DNA of 64,000 bases from Pyrinomonadaceae bacterium (GCA_035276045.1 DATELZ010000147.1:2626-66625); one strand, 5' to 3'. Counted from the stretch's first letter, positions 44,558-54,280 are shown. The notes: generated from the letters alone by a model not told the origin. Numbers and translations: made by a program.

Positions 44558-47500
44558 ATGAAGACAAAGACAATTAAGCTAATCGTGGCGCTGCTCATAA
44601 TCTCCGGCATCGTGTTGATTACCGCCGTCCCTCTGGTAGTGAAAGGTCTGTTTGAACGAGGTGCGACGGCCACGTTCCCGCTCGAACCGTGCGAAGCCAG
44701 CGACTCGATCGAAGTCGAGAACGCCAAGACCACCGGCGTGGCTAACTCCAGTGTTTGGGACGTCAGCGGCGCCGGACATCCCGACATTCAAGGTTTCGCC
44801 ACAGACATCAGCGTCAACAAGGGCGAGCCGGTCTACTTCAAGATCAAGACCAATGCCACCGATTACAGGCTCGACATCTACCGGATGGGTTATTACGGCG
44901 GCAACGGCGCGCGCAAGTGGGACACGATCCAGGTCTCGTTACAGCAGGCCCAGTCACAACCGGCCTGTCAGATCGATGGTGAGACGGGATTGTTGGATTG
45001 TGGCAACTGGTCGCAATCAGCGTCGTGGAACGTTCCCGAGGATGCCGTTTCAGGCATCTACTTCGCCAAGGCCGTTCGCAACGACAATGCGAGCGTAGCG
45101 AGCCACATCGTTTTTATCGTGCGAGACGATCATTGCGAGTCAGACCTGTTGTTCCAAACTTCCGATACAACGTGGCAGGCCTACAATGACTACGGCGACG
45201 TCACCACGCCCGGCAGTCAAAACGGCAAGAGCCTCTACGGCTCGGCCAGCGCCGCGTCATACGAGACGGGCCAGCGAGCCTACAAGGTCAGCTACAACCG
45301 TCCTTTCAATACAGGTAAACCAACCCCGCCACGTGATACGAAACACAGTTGGGTATTCAACGCTGAATATCCGATGGTCCGCTGGCTGGAGGCCAATGGC
45401 TACGACGTCAGCTACACGACCGGCGTCGACAGTGCACGGCAGGGAGACAAAATCCGCGCCGGTCATAAAGTGTTCCTCTCCGTGGGCCATGACGAATACT
45501 GGTCAGGAGAGCAGCGCGCAAATGTCGAGGCAGCGCGCGATGCCGGCGTCCATCTCGCTTTTTTCAGCGGCAATGAGATCTATTGGAAAACGCGTTGGGA
45601 GAATAACTACCGCACGCTTGTTTGTTACAAGGAGACGATGGCGGGTACGGAGAACATCGATCCGGATCCGACCGCCTGGACCGGCACCTGGCGTGACCCG
45701 CGTTACAGTCCGCCTGCTGATGGCGGAAGACCTGAGAATGCTTTGATAGGCGCTATTTTTACCGCTATCAAATTCTCATCGCATGCGATCGAAGTGCCGG
45801 CTGATTACCGTCCACTGCGACTCTGGCGTAATGTCGATTTCGGTCAGAACCCCGGGCCGGTTACCACACTCGCGCCCGGAACCCTGGCTTATGAATGGGG
45901 CAGCGATCTCGACAATGGCTTCCGTCCACCGGGCGTGGCGCGATTTTCGTCAACCACCAAGAACGATGTGATTTGGGTTAGCGATCACGGCAGTGGCGAA
46001 GGATATATTGAAAACAGCACCCTTACTCACAACCTGACTTTATACCGGCACACAAGTGGCGCGCTTGTGTTCGGCGCGAGCACGGTACAGTGGTCCTGGG
46101 GATTGGATAACAATCATACTTACGCCGGCGACTTCGGCAATACAGTAGATAATAAGATGAAGCAGGCGACCGTAAACCTGTTTGCCGACATGGGTGTTCA
46201 GCCGGCTTCGCTGCAATCTCCGCAAACAGCCGCCAGTCCATCGACTGATGTTACAGCGCCCACCTCTGCCATCGCCTCGCCGTCGCCGTCCGCAAATCTC
46301 GAGGCCTTGAGCACCGTAACGATCAGCGGCACGGCCAGCGATTCTGGTGGACTCGTAGCAGGAGTCGAGGTGTCAGTCGACAATGGAGTGACGTGGCATC
46401 CGGCCACAGGGTTAACTAGTTGGAGTTACTCATGGAAACCAGCGACCGTAGGAGCGGCGACAATCAAAAGCCGCGCGGTTGACGACAGCGGCCGGATCGA
46501 AACTCCTTCGGCCGGTGTGACTGTTAATGTCGCAGCGCCGTCGTGCGCGTGTGGCGGCTGTAGTAATGACGCTCCTTCCAATAAGTCACTCTCACTGAAT
46601 GGCACAAGCCACTACGTGCGCGTGCCAGATAGCGCAAGCATCAACATTACGGGACCGCTTACGGTCGAAGCCTGGATCAAGACCACCGCTTCCAGTACCG
46701 AACAGGGTATCGTCGAACGCTACGACGACGAAGGCGGCACTGACGGTGGTTATGCGCTGCGCTTACATTCAAACGGTAAATTAGCCTTCTACACGTTACG
46801 CGATCGCGACTATCACTACGACTTCGTGCAAGGCTCGACGACCATTAGCACAGGCGTCTGGCATCACGTCGCCGGCGTATTCGATGGCGGTCAGTTGCGC
46901 GTCTATGTTGACGGAGTGCTCGACGGAACCAAGGCGTCCACGTTTGCTCCTTTTACAGGCACAACAGATCTTTTGATCGGCGCTAAGAGTCCTGACGCGT
47001 CGGGTAAATTCCAGGGATTGATAGACGAAGTGAGGCTAACGGCGGGCGCTCTTTATGCGACAAACTTCGTTCCCTCAACACGGCTAACAGCAACAGGTAA
47101 CACCAAAGGGTTGTGGCGATTCGAGAGTCTTGCGGGCTCAACCGTCGCCGATGCTTCCTGTAATGCCAACGATGGCTCGGTCGTGGGCGGAGCAGGTCTC
47201 TCCAGCGATGTGGGTGAACCAGGCATTGCAGGTTTGAAAGGACATTGGCGGTTTGACGAAGGCAGCAGTACAACAGCGGCTGATTCATCAGGAACTGGCA
47301 ATACCGGCACGCTGAGCAGTGCTTCGTGGGGCGCGGGCAAGCTGAACAATGCCGCGAGCTTCAGTGGATCGAACTACGTCAATATGGGAGCTTCAAGCAG
47401 TCTCGAAGCAACAAACGCATTGACGATAAGCGCCTGGATTTTCCCAACCGGTTCGGGTTCGGACGGCACGCTCGGCGGCGTGATCGTCAACAAGGAGGGC

Positions 47501-49078
47501 GAGTACCAACTTGTGAGATTCCCCGACGGAACCATTCGCTGGGCGCTCAATAACAGCACTCCGGGATGGACGTTTGTCAATTCAGGAGCCGTCGCGCCGC
47601 TCAACCGGTGGACGCATGTCGCCCTCGTCTATAACAACTGGTCGATACAGACTTACGTCAACGGCGTCCTGGTGCACACCCACGCGGGCGCAGGCGCGAT
47701 CGCCGACAATGTTCATCCTTCCGACGACGATTTCCGCGTCGGCGGGCGACAGGCGTGGAGTCAGTTTTTCCAGGGCCGGATCGACGAAGTGCGTTTCTAC
47801 AATCGTGGCTTGAGTGCTGCGGATGTGCAGAGCCTGGCAAACGAACCTGTCGGGTATTGGAAGTTTGATGAGAACACCGGCAGCACCACGGCCGACTCAT
47901 CAGGCAATGCCTACAACGGAACTCTAACTAGTGGACCATCATGGACCACGGGCAGAGTCAACAGCGCCCTGAGTTTTGATGGCACTGACGATTACGTTCA
48001 AGTCGGCGCTCAAGCAGGTCTGGAGATGTCCGACACGTTGACTATCAGTGCGTGGATCTTCCCGACCGGCGCCGGCTCAGACGGCACTCTCGGCGGCACC
48101 ATCGTCAACAAGGAGGGCGAGTATCAGCTCTTTAGACTTCCCAACGGCTCTATCCGCTGGGTCCTCGCGAATACCGACCCGGGATGGGCGTTGGTTGATA
48201 CGGGCGCCAGCGCGCCACTCAACCAGTGGACCCATGTGGCCTTCACATACAACAAGGGGACAGGCAAGACATACATCAACGGCAGCCTTGTGCATACGTA
48301 CAGCGGTTCGGGCGCGATCGTCGACAATATACATCCCTCCGAAGACGACCTCCGCATCGGCGGGCGGCAGGGGTGGAATCAGTTCTTCAACGGCAAGATT
48401 GACGAGGTGCGCGTCTACAATCGTGGCTTGAGCGCAGCGGAGGTGCAGATACTTGCGAACGAACTCGCCGGCTATTGGAACTTTGATGAAAACAGCGGTC
48501 TGGTTGCAGCCGACTCATCCGGCAATGCGTTCAACGGAATACTTCTTAATGGGCCAGCCTGGACCACCGGCAAGACCAACAGCGCCCTGACATTTGATGG
48601 CACTGACGATTACGTTCAAGTGGGCGCCAAGCCGGGACTGGTAATGTCAGATGCGTTGACTATTGCCGCCTGGATCTTCCCGACCGGTTCGGGCTCGGAC
48701 GGCACTCTTGGCGGCACTATCGTCAACAAGGAGGGCGAGTACCAACTCTTCAGACTTCCTAACGGCTCCATCCGCTGGGTCCTCGCGAATACCGACCCGG
48801 GATGGACGTTGGTTACTACATCTGGAAGCGCGCCGCTGAATCAATGGACGCACGTCGCCTTCGTCTACAGTAACGGGACAGCCAAGACATATATCAACGG
48901 CAGCTTAGTGGATACGCGTTCGGCCTCGGGCATAATCACCGACGTTCATCCCGAGCACAACGACTTCCGCATCGGCGGGCGTCAGGCGTGGAATCAATTC
49001 TTCCAGGGTAAGATCGACGAGGTGCGCATCTATCGAGTTCCACTTCAAGCCGGCGATATAGCCACGTTAGCGCAGTAG
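44558..49078 (+). CDS. Large exported protein: N,N-dimethylformamidase-large-subunit-like domain, Ig-like domain, and four LamG/ConA-like domains
   Basis: 1506 aa with an N-terminal anchor or signal (LIVALLIISGIVLITAVPLVV). The motifs GFATDISVNKGEPVYFKIKTNATDYRLDIYRMGYYGGNGAR and LLFQTSDTTWQAYNDYG are typical of the DMFase beta-subunit family. LamG signatures: LTVEAWIK..VWHHVAGVFDG..LRVYVDGVL..GLIDEVRL, then three modules of ~205 aa ending in IDEVR[FVI]YNRGLSAA[DE]VQ. Confidence 0.85.
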   Translation: MKTKTIKLIVALLIISGIVLITAVPLVVKGLFERGATATFPLEPCEASDSIEVENAKTTGVANSSVWDVSGAGHPDIQGFATDISVNKGEPVYFKIKTNATDYRLDIYRMGYYGGNGARKWDTIQVSLQQAQSQPACQIDGETGLLDCGNWSQSASWNVPEDAVSGIYFAKAVRNDNASVASHIVFIVRDDHCESDLLFQTSDTTWQAYNDYGDVTTPGSQNGKSLYGSASAASYETGQRAYKVSYNRPFNTGKPTPPRDTKHSWVFNAEYPMVRWLEANGYDVSYTTGVDSARQGDKIRAGHKVFLSVGHDEYWSGEQRANVEAARDAGVHLAFFSGNEIYWKTRWENNYRTLVCYKETMAGTENIDPDPTAWTGTWRDPRYSPPADGGRPENALIGAIFTAIKFSSHAIEVPADYRPLRLWRNVDFGQNPGPVTTLAPGTLAYEWGSDLDNGFRPPGVARFSSTTKNDVIWVSDHGSGEGYIENSTLTHNLTLYRHTSGALVFGASTVQWSWGLDNNHTYAGDFGNTVDNKMKQATVNLFADMGVQPASLQSPQTAASPSTDVTAPTSAIASPSPSANLEALSTVTISGTASDSGGLVAGVEVSVDNGVTWHPATGLTSWSYSWKPATVGAATIKSRAVDDSGRIETPSAGVTVNVAAPSCACGGCSNDAPSNKSLSLNGTSHYVRVPDSASINITGPLTVEAWIKTTASSTEQGIVERYDDEGGTDGGYALRLHSNGKLAFYTLRDRDYHYDFVQGSTTISTGVWHHVAGVFDGGQLRVYVDGVLDGTKASTFAPFTGTTDLLIGAKSPDASGKFQGLIDEVRLTAGALYATNFVPSTRLTATGNTKGLWRFESLAGSTVADASCNANDGSVVGGAGLSSDVGEPGIAGLKGHWRFDEGSSTTAADSSGTGNTGTLSSASWGAGKLNNAASFSGSNYVNMGASSSLEATNALTISAWIFPTGSGSDGTLGGVIVNKEGEYQLVRFPDGTIRWALNNSTPGWTFVNSGAVAPLNRWTHVALVYNNWSIQTYVNGVLVHTHAGAGAIADNVHPSDDDFRVGGRQAWSQFFQGRIDEVRFYNRGLSAADVQSLANEPVGYWKFDENTGSTTADSSGNAYNGTLTSGPSWTTGRVNSALSFDGTDDYVQVGAQAGLEMSDTLTISAWIFPTGAGSDGTLGGTIVNKEGEYQLFRLPNGSIRWVLANTDPGWALVDTGASAPLNQWTHVAFTYNKGTGKTYINGSLVHTYSGSGAIVDNIHPSEDDLRIGGRQGWNQFFNGKIDEVRVYNRGLSAAEVQILANELAGYWNFDENSGLVAADSSGNAFNGILLNGPAWTTGKTNSALTFDGTDDYVQVGAKPGLVMSDALTIAAWIFPTGSGSDGTLGGTIVNKEGEYQLFRLPNGSIRWVLANTDPGWTLVTTSGSAPLNQWTHVAFVYSNGTAKTYINGSLVDTRSASGIITDVHPEHNDFRIGGRQAWNQFFQGKIDEVRIYRVPLQAGDIATLAQ
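47231..49075 (+). repeat. Intragenic tandem repeat: three LamG-coding modules of ~615 bp
   Basis: Module starts are marked by HWRFDE (47243), YWKFDE (47855) and YWNFDE (48473). Modules 2 and 3 share long identical DNA runs, for example ATCCGCTGGGTCCTCGCGAATACCGACCCGGGATGG at ~48152 and ~48770. Confidence 0.85.
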
Positions 49079-49084
49079 AAGTCA

Positions 49085-49891
49085 TCATTTATTAGGCTGC
49101 TTTAGTTTCCGAAATGCGTCCATGGTCATGAGGTAACGAATCTTACCGTCGGGTTCTATGTGATAAACAAAAAGGCTCGTGCCGATCAACTGTGGCACTG
49201 AAGGTTTCCTGACCAACACATGAAATACGTCGCTATCTTCCGGGATCTGATCCAGGACCGCAGTGTGATACCCGGCTTGGACGGTTCCCGACATTGAAAA
49301 CTCGATGATCGCTTTATGCATTTGACGCTTCTCTAATATCTTCAGTCCGTCTCCGGAAACTACATACCTCGCATCGCCACCCAGGGGATAAACTCCGTTC
49401 TGGGTTTGTGCCGGAAGGACATAGACATAAAGTTGATCCGACGGCGCGGGCAACACGGCAACGTTGTATGGCCTCGCCTCACCCTTAAAGTCGGCCAACG
49501 ACGTTTCGATGGCTCTGGCAGCAAACAGAAAAAATCCTGCGTCCTCTTTGGGTGGGCCAAGCTTGGATGCCTTGAATTGTTGAGGCGTGCTTCCCTGGAT
49601 CGCTTCGTAACTGATCAGAAATTTGTCGCGCTTTTCATTTAAACGCCCAAAGGCGACAGTCCAACCATTACTGGTTCGTTTCGCAATGTAACGGACTACA
49701 CTGCCTTCCGTTGGCTGCAACGCCATCACCGCATCACTCCCATGCCAGGCCGCAACGTCGTATTCGGCGAGATTTCTGCCGCGTTCCGTTATTTGGGCCA
49801 ACTCGGTCTCGGAAGCTGGTGTCGTTCTTTGTGTCTGAGCGAACGTTACAACTGAGGCAATCAACAGGATGAGTAAGGTGCAGGTTCTCAT
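49085..49891 (-). CDS. Hypothetical secreted protein
   Basis: ATG 49891 has AAAGGAAA upstream. The longer ORF-track start (49966) would overlap the tRNA. Signal peptide: MRTCTLLILLIASVVTFAQTQ. Confidence 0.65.
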   Translation of the reverse strand: MRTCTLLILLIASVVTFAQTQRTTPASETELAQITERGRNLAEYDVAAWHGSDAVMALQPTEGSVVRYIAKRTSNGWTVAFGRLNEKRDKFLISYEAIQGSTPQQFKASKLGPPKEDAGFFLFAARAIETSLADFKGEARPYNVAVLPAPSDQLYVYVLPAQTQNGVYPLGGDARYVVSGDGLKILEKRQMHKAIIEFSMSGTVQAGYHTAVLDQIPEDSDVFHVLVRKPSVPQLIGTSLFVYHIEPDGKIRYLMTMDAFRKLKQPNK

Positions 49892-49944
49892 AGTTTTCCT
49901 TTCGGACAGATGGCTGCCTGTGCGTGAGTGCAATGGGGAAGACT

Positions 49945-50021
49945 GGTGCCCCCGGCGCGATTCCAACGCGCGACCTTCCGCTTAGGAGGCGGACGCTCTA
50001 TGCAACTGAGCTACGGGAGCA
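49945..50021 (-). tRNA. tRNA-Arg (anticodon CCT)
   Basis: The minus strand reads GCTCCCGTAGCTCAGTTGCATAGAGCGTCCGCCTCCTAAGCGGAAGGTCGCGCGTTGGAATCGCGCCGGGGGCACCA. It has a 7-bp acceptor stem (GCTCCCG/CGGGGGC), a D-arm AGCTCAGTTG, an anticodon stem TCCGC/GCGGA with loop CTCCTAA, a T-arm GCGCG-TTGGAAT-CGCGC, and an encoded CCA. Confidence 0.9.
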
Positions 50022-50041
50022 CAGGTGGAACATTAGCACAA

Positions 50042-50563
50042 TTACGACTGGTACTTAATCAACGAACGGACGTCGTAGCCAGCCAGCTTCTCCCGGCCTG
50101 GCAGAAATTCGAGTTCGACGACGAAAACGAGGCCGACGACTTTCCCACCGAGTTGCTCAACCAGATCGACAACCGCGCGGGCGGTGCCGCCAGTGGCCAA
50201 GAGGTCGTCGGCGATGATCACGCGGTGGCCGTCGCCAACGGCGTCGCGGTGGATCTCCAAAGTGTCCTGACCGTATTCCAAATCATACGAAATAGAAGCG
50301 CACTCGGCCGGCAGTTTGCGCGGCTTGCGCACGGGCACGAAACCGGCGCCGAGGTGATACGCAAGCGCCGGCGCGAAAATAAAGCCGCGCGCTTCGACCC
50401 CGATAACAGAGTCAACCTTCTCGCCCTCGAATTGCGCGGCGAGCGCGTCGACGGTGTTGCGCAAACCTTCGGGATGCTTGAGCAGCGTGGTGATGTCGTA
50501 AAAGTTAATGCCGGGCTTGGGAAAGTCCGGCACTTCGCGGATCAGAGATTTTAATTGGTCCAT
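50042..50563 (-). CDS. apt: Adenine phosphoribosyltransferase
   Basis: 173 aa. [54 protein letters not shown] and the PRPP loop [14 protein letters not shown] are canonical Apt motifs. Confidence 0.93.
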   Translation of the reverse strand: MDQLKSLIREVPDFPKPGINFYDITTLLKHPEGLRNTVDALAAQFEGEKVDSVIGVEARGFIFAPALAYHLGAGFVPVRKPRKLPAECASISYDLEYGQDTLEIHRDAVGDGHRVIIADDLLATGGTARAVVDLVEQLGGKVVGLVFVVELEFLPGREKLAGYDVRSLIKYQS

Positions 50564-50591
50564 TCGTGGCTCACAAAAGCGGATTTAAGAA

Positions 50592-50867
50592 CTATCTTTC
50601 GATTCTAAAAGCGGAATACGTGCAGGTCGGATCTAAATTGATCTCTTCCAGTTGGTCCACCGTCGCCCATTGCGGGCCGGTCGCGAGATCCTGTTTGAAC
50701 GCTTCGACACTGGCCGGCGGTCCTTCAACCAGTGCTTCCACCGATCCATCAGGACAATTGCGCACGTAACCAACAATCTGGTGCCGGGCCGCAGCGCGTT
50801 GCGCGAAGAAACGATACCCAACTCCCTGCACGTCGCCTCGTATCAGGAACTTTCGCGCTACTTGCAC
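50592..50867 (-). CDS. acyP: Acylphosphatase
   Basis: 91 aa. FLIRGDVQGVGYRFFAQRAA..GYVRNCPDGSVEALVEG matches the acylphosphatase signature (V.G.VQGVGFR ... G.V.N..DG.V). Confidence 0.88.
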   Translation of the reverse strand: MQVARKFLIRGDVQGVGYRFFAQRAAARHQIVGYVRNCPDGSVEALVEGPPASVEAFKQDLATGPQWATVDQLEEINLDPTCTYSAFRIER

Positions 50868-51262
50868 TTAAACAGGTTCCCTTCCTTGCCCTTCTCCAAC
50901 GTAAACGTCTCTTCCTCCGAATCCGCAAGCTTCAACGTCAACGTCATCGTGTCGCCCTTGATCGATCCAACAAACGTCGCCGGGATCGATCGCGACGGCC
51001 TGTCCGAACGCACCGGTCCACCACGCTCCGGCGTATGCGTCCCACGCAGGTTAAACCGCCCGTTACCATCGACGGCCAAAGGACCTTCAATCACGCCATG
51101 CGCACAATCGTATTCGATGTTCGCGGACTTCTCTCCCACCTCGACACGAACATGATTGCCACCCCAAACGCCGGCCTGAATTCGTTGCATACTAGCCGCA
51201 CCCGCACACGAAATCATGAAGATCAGAGCAAGAATACGTATAAAGCTCATGGTGAATTGCAT
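50858..51262 (-). CDS. Hypothetical small secreted protein
   Basis: 134 aa with a signal peptide (SFIRILALIFMISCAGAAS). Its stop overlaps the acyP start by 10 nt. Confidence 0.6.
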   Translation of the reverse strand: MQFTMSFIRILALIFMISCAGAASMQRIQAGVWGGNHVRVEVGEKSANIEYDCAHGVIEGPLAVDGNGRFNLRGTHTPERGGPVRSDRPSRSIPATFVGSIKGDTMTLTLKLADSEEETFTLEKGKEGNLFKCK

Positions 51263-51283
51263 TGTAGCTTAATCGAAACTATG

Positions 51284-51312
51284 TTGACACTTCGTCCGTA
51301 GTACGTTCAATT
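51284..51312 (+). promoter_or_regulatory. Candidate sigma70-type promoter for the M16 peptidase pair
   Basis: TTGACA (51284-51289), a 17-nt spacer, then TCAATT (51307-51312), about 60 nt upstream of ATG 51371. Confidence 0.3.
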
Positions 51313-51370
51313 CTGCGCTGCTCAATCTCAACACGGATAACACAGAAGCAAAGTGAGGACGCCCAAAATA

Positions 51371-52738
51371 ATGCGACGATTCGTAGCTATATCCATCGCT
51401 GTGGGACTGTTGGCAAATGCAGTGTTTGCCGCCAGCGCGCACGCCAAACCACTGAACGTTCCCGTGGTCTATTACAAACTCCCGAACGGTCTCAAAGTCG
51501 TCATCTCCGAAGACCACATGGCGCCGGTTGTCACGGTCGCCGTTTATTACAACGTCGGCTTCCGTCTCGAACCGAAGGGCCGCACCGGCTTCGCGCACCT
51601 GTTCGAGCACATGATGTTCCAGGGCTCGGCCAACGTGAAGAAGTTTGAGCACGCGAAGCACATCGAAGCAAACGGCGGCAGCCTGAACGGCCACACCGAC
51701 TTCGATTACACAAATTACTACCAGACGATGCCGAGCAATCGCGTCGAGTTGGGCCTGTGGCTCGAATCCGATCGCATGCGCTCCCTCGACATCAGCGAGG
51801 AGAACCTGAAAAACCAGCAGGCCGTCGTGAGCGAGGAAGTGCGCGTCAACGTGCTCAATCAGCCTTATCAGTTTTTCGAATGGATCAGTCTCTGGGAAAA
51901 CGCCTTCACCAACTGGAACAACTCGCACAATGGTTACGGCGAGTTGGCGGAAATCAACGCCGCGACGATCGAAGACGTGCGCAGTTTCTTCAAAACTTAC
52001 TACGCGCCGAATAACGCAGTGCTGACGATCGTCGGCGACGTCGACGTCAACGACGTGAAGAAGATGGTCGAGAAACACTTCACCGACATTCCTTCGCAGC
52101 CCGCGCCCAAGCGCGCCGATCTAAGCGAGCCGCCGCAAACGAAAGAGAAACGCATCTCGCAAACCGACAAACTCGCGAACCTGCCCGCGCTCGCAACCGG
52201 CTATCATCTGCCGCCGCAAAGCTCACCTGACTATCCCGCGATGGCCCTGCTGGTCCAAATTCTTCAGGCCGGCGAAGGCTCGCGCTGGTATCAACGATTG
52301 GTGAAGGAGAAAGAGTTGACTCTCGATCTCACCGGCGGTCTCAACTACTTCGGCAACGAGTTTGATTACACCGGTCCGATGATCATGACCACTCGCACGA
52401 CGTACAAACCGGGCCACACGGCTGACGAAGTGCTGCGCGAGATGGACGCCGTCGTCGCGGACATCACGAGCAAAGGCATCAGCGAGAAAGAACTCGCCGA
52501 CGCGAAAGTGCGTTATCGTTCAAACTTCTATAGTCAACTCGAAGGCAGCATGGGCAAGGCGCATTTACTCTCCGCGCTCGCTCTCTTCCGCGACGATCCA
52601 CAGCAGATCAATTCGTTGTTGACGCCGTTTGAAAACGTCACCGCGGCCCAGGTCAAAGCGGCCGCCACGAAGTATCTCGTAGCGACGAATCGCACGGTGA
52701 TCGATCGCGTCCCCGAGAAGAAAGAAGGCACAAAGTAA
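51371..52738 (+). CDS. M16-family (pitrilysin-like) zinc peptidase, catalytic subunit
   Basis: The inverted zinc motif HxxEH is present in GFAHLFEHMMFQGS. Signal peptide: MRRFVAISIAVGLLANAVFAASAHA. I use ATG 51371 rather than the ORF-track GTG at 51353. Confidence 0.88.
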   Translation: MRRFVAISIAVGLLANAVFAASAHAKPLNVPVVYYKLPNGLKVVISEDHMAPVVTVAVYYNVGFRLEPKGRTGFAHLFEHMMFQGSANVKKFEHAKHIEANGGSLNGHTDFDYTNYYQTMPSNRVELGLWLESDRMRSLDISEENLKNQQAVVSEEVRVNVLNQPYQFFEWISLWENAFTNWNNSHNGYGELAEINAATIEDVRSFFKTYYAPNNAVLTIVGDVDVNDVKKMVEKHFTDIPSQPAPKRADLSEPPQTKEKRISQTDKLANLPALATGYHLPPQSSPDYPAMALLVQILQAGEGSRWYQRLVKEKELTLDLTGGLNYFGNEFDYTGPMIMTTRTTYKPGHTADEVLREMDAVVADITSKGISEKELADAKVRYRSNFYSQLEGSMGKAHLLSALALFRDDPQQINSLLTPFENVTAAQVKAAATKYLVATNRTVIDRVPEKKEGTK

Positions 52739-54154
52739 ATGAAAAAGATACTCGCAATATTCACCCTGATCCTGTTTCTGACGCCCGCGCTGGCGCAACA
52801 AAAAACACCACCCGGGCCTGGACCAGCGCGTCCGTTGAACCTGCCGAAGATCACCGAGAAGAAACTCGCGAACGGATTGACAGTCGTGCTCGCGCCACTG
52901 CCAAACGTTCCGAAAGTTTCATCAATTCTTACGTTCAGAGCGGCAACCACCGCGAGCGATCGCAACGCGCATCCAGGCATCGCGCAGATCGTCGCGTCAG
53001 TCGCTAACGAAGGCACCGACACACGCACCAGCAAACAACTCAAAGAAGAGCTGCGCTCAATCGGCGGCACTCTATCGCTCGGCAGCGACGCCGATTCAAC
53101 CACGATGTCCGCGTCGTCGTTATCGGAGTTCTCGGCGACGTTATTTGAACTGATGAGCGATGTGGCCCAACGTCCGTCGTTTCCGGAAACGGAAGTGAAG
53201 CTGGCCCAGGAGAACACGATCCAGCAGATTCGCGCCGGCCGCGCCGATCCGGGTTTTCTAGTCAACGAACGTTTTCAGAAAGCGGTCTTCGGCGAACATC
53301 CGTACAGCTTCGTCGTTCCGGATGAGAAGTCGATCAACGCGTTGACGCGCGCCGATCTGCGAGCGTTTGTGACGAAGTACTACATTCCCAACGCTTCGCA
53401 CCTGATCGTCGTCGGCGACATCGACGTCGAAAAGACGTTTGCGGAGATCGAGAAAGCTTTCGGAAGTTGGAAGAGCGGCACGATTCCGCCTGACGAAAAC
53501 CCGCCCGTGCCGAAACGAGATAAACGGCAGATCTATTTCGTAAATCGTCCGGGATCGATCCAGTCGGCGATCTACATCGGCAACGTGAGCATCCCGCGCC
53601 GGGACAAAGACTACTTTGCGATCCGCACGGCCGACACGATTTACGGCGGCTCGTTCTATTCGCGCCTGACGCGCAACATTCGCGAGACGAAGGGTTACAC
53701 CTATTCGCCGTTCAGCTCGTCAAACACGCGCGCGAAGACGGGGGCGTTTTTCTCCGGGGCTTTTGTGCGTAATGAAGTGACTGGTCCAACGTTGCTCGAG
53801 ATCTTCTACGAACTCGATCGCATGCGCGTGCTGCCGGTCACCGACGAAGAACTGAACGCGGCGAAGGAGTACAGCACGGGTAACTTTTCGGTGGAACTCG
53901 CGAGCCAGTTTGGTCTCGCGGGACGCATCGACACGATCTACACCTACGGGCTGGAGAAGAGTTTTATCGACGACTTCCGGCCGAAGATCGAAGCGCTGAC
54001 TGCGGCTGATATTCAACGTGCGGCGGCCAAGTACTTCGACACTTATCGCGCCGCGGTTGTGATCGTTGGCGATTGGGATAAGGTGAAGGATCAAGTGACG
54101 CCGTTTGGCGACGTAACGATGTACGACGCCGAGGGCAATGTCGTGACGAAGTAG
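52739..54154 (+). CDS. M16-family peptidase, non-catalytic (no HxxEH) partner subunit
   Basis: The ATG immediately follows the upstream TAA (TAAATG). It has a signal peptide and an M16 fold-like sequence, but the corresponding region (AHPGIAQIVASVANEGT) lacks the zinc motif. Confidence 0.8.
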   Translation: MKKILAIFTLILFLTPALAQQKTPPGPGPARPLNLPKITEKKLANGLTVVLAPLPNVPKVSSILTFRAATTASDRNAHPGIAQIVASVANEGTDTRTSKQLKEELRSIGGTLSLGSDADSTTMSASSLSEFSATLFELMSDVAQRPSFPETEVKLAQENTIQQIRAGRADPGFLVNERFQKAVFGEHPYSFVVPDEKSINALTRADLRAFVTKYYIPNASHLIVVGDIDVEKTFAEIEKAFGSWKSGTIPPDENPPVPKRDKRQIYFVNRPGSIQSAIYIGNVSIPRRDKDYFAIRTADTIYGGSFYSRLTRNIRETKGYTYSPFSSSNTRAKTGAFFSGAFVRNEVTGPTLLEIFYELDRMRVLPVTDEELNAAKEYSTGNFSVELASQFGLAGRIDTIYTYGLEKSFIDDFRPKIEALTAADIQRAAAKYFDTYRAAVVIVGDWDKVKDQVTPFGDVTMYDAEGNVVTK

Positions 54155-54157
54155 GTG

Positions 54158-54280
54158 CTTCTCTGAGATCTCTGCGGTCCGCTGTGTTCTCTATGTTTTG
54201 ATCGTGTGCGACGCGAGTTAAACGCAGAGACCGCAGGAGGACCGCAGGAGGACCGCAGGAGGACCGCAGATGACGCAGAG
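54158..54280. repeat. CTCTGCG-type palindromic element, copy 5 (subfamily B, with an internal 11-nt triplication)
   Basis: CTTCTCTGAGATCTCTGCGGTCCGCTGTGTTCTCTATGTT..GCGAGTTAAACGCAGAGA-(GACCGCAGGAG)x3-GACCGCAGATGACGCAGAG. It fills the whole gap between the convergent genes ending at 54154 and 54281. Confidence 0.8.

Noticed and set aside
43100-50021. A tRNA-Arg-linked genomic island, with the 3' end of the tRNA at 49945 facing AT-rich and repeat-rich genes.
   Set aside because: There is no integrase, excisionase or transposase in the window, and I could not find by eye a direct repeat of the tRNA 3' half (TGGTGCCCCCGGCGCGATTCC) at lower coordinates. This needs a computed repeat search before it can be claimed.
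512-54280. The recurring CTCTGCG periodicity initially looked like possible CRISPR repeats.
   Set aside because: The copies are single dispersed palindromes, not arrays of direct repeats separated by unique spacers. No cas genes are present in the window.
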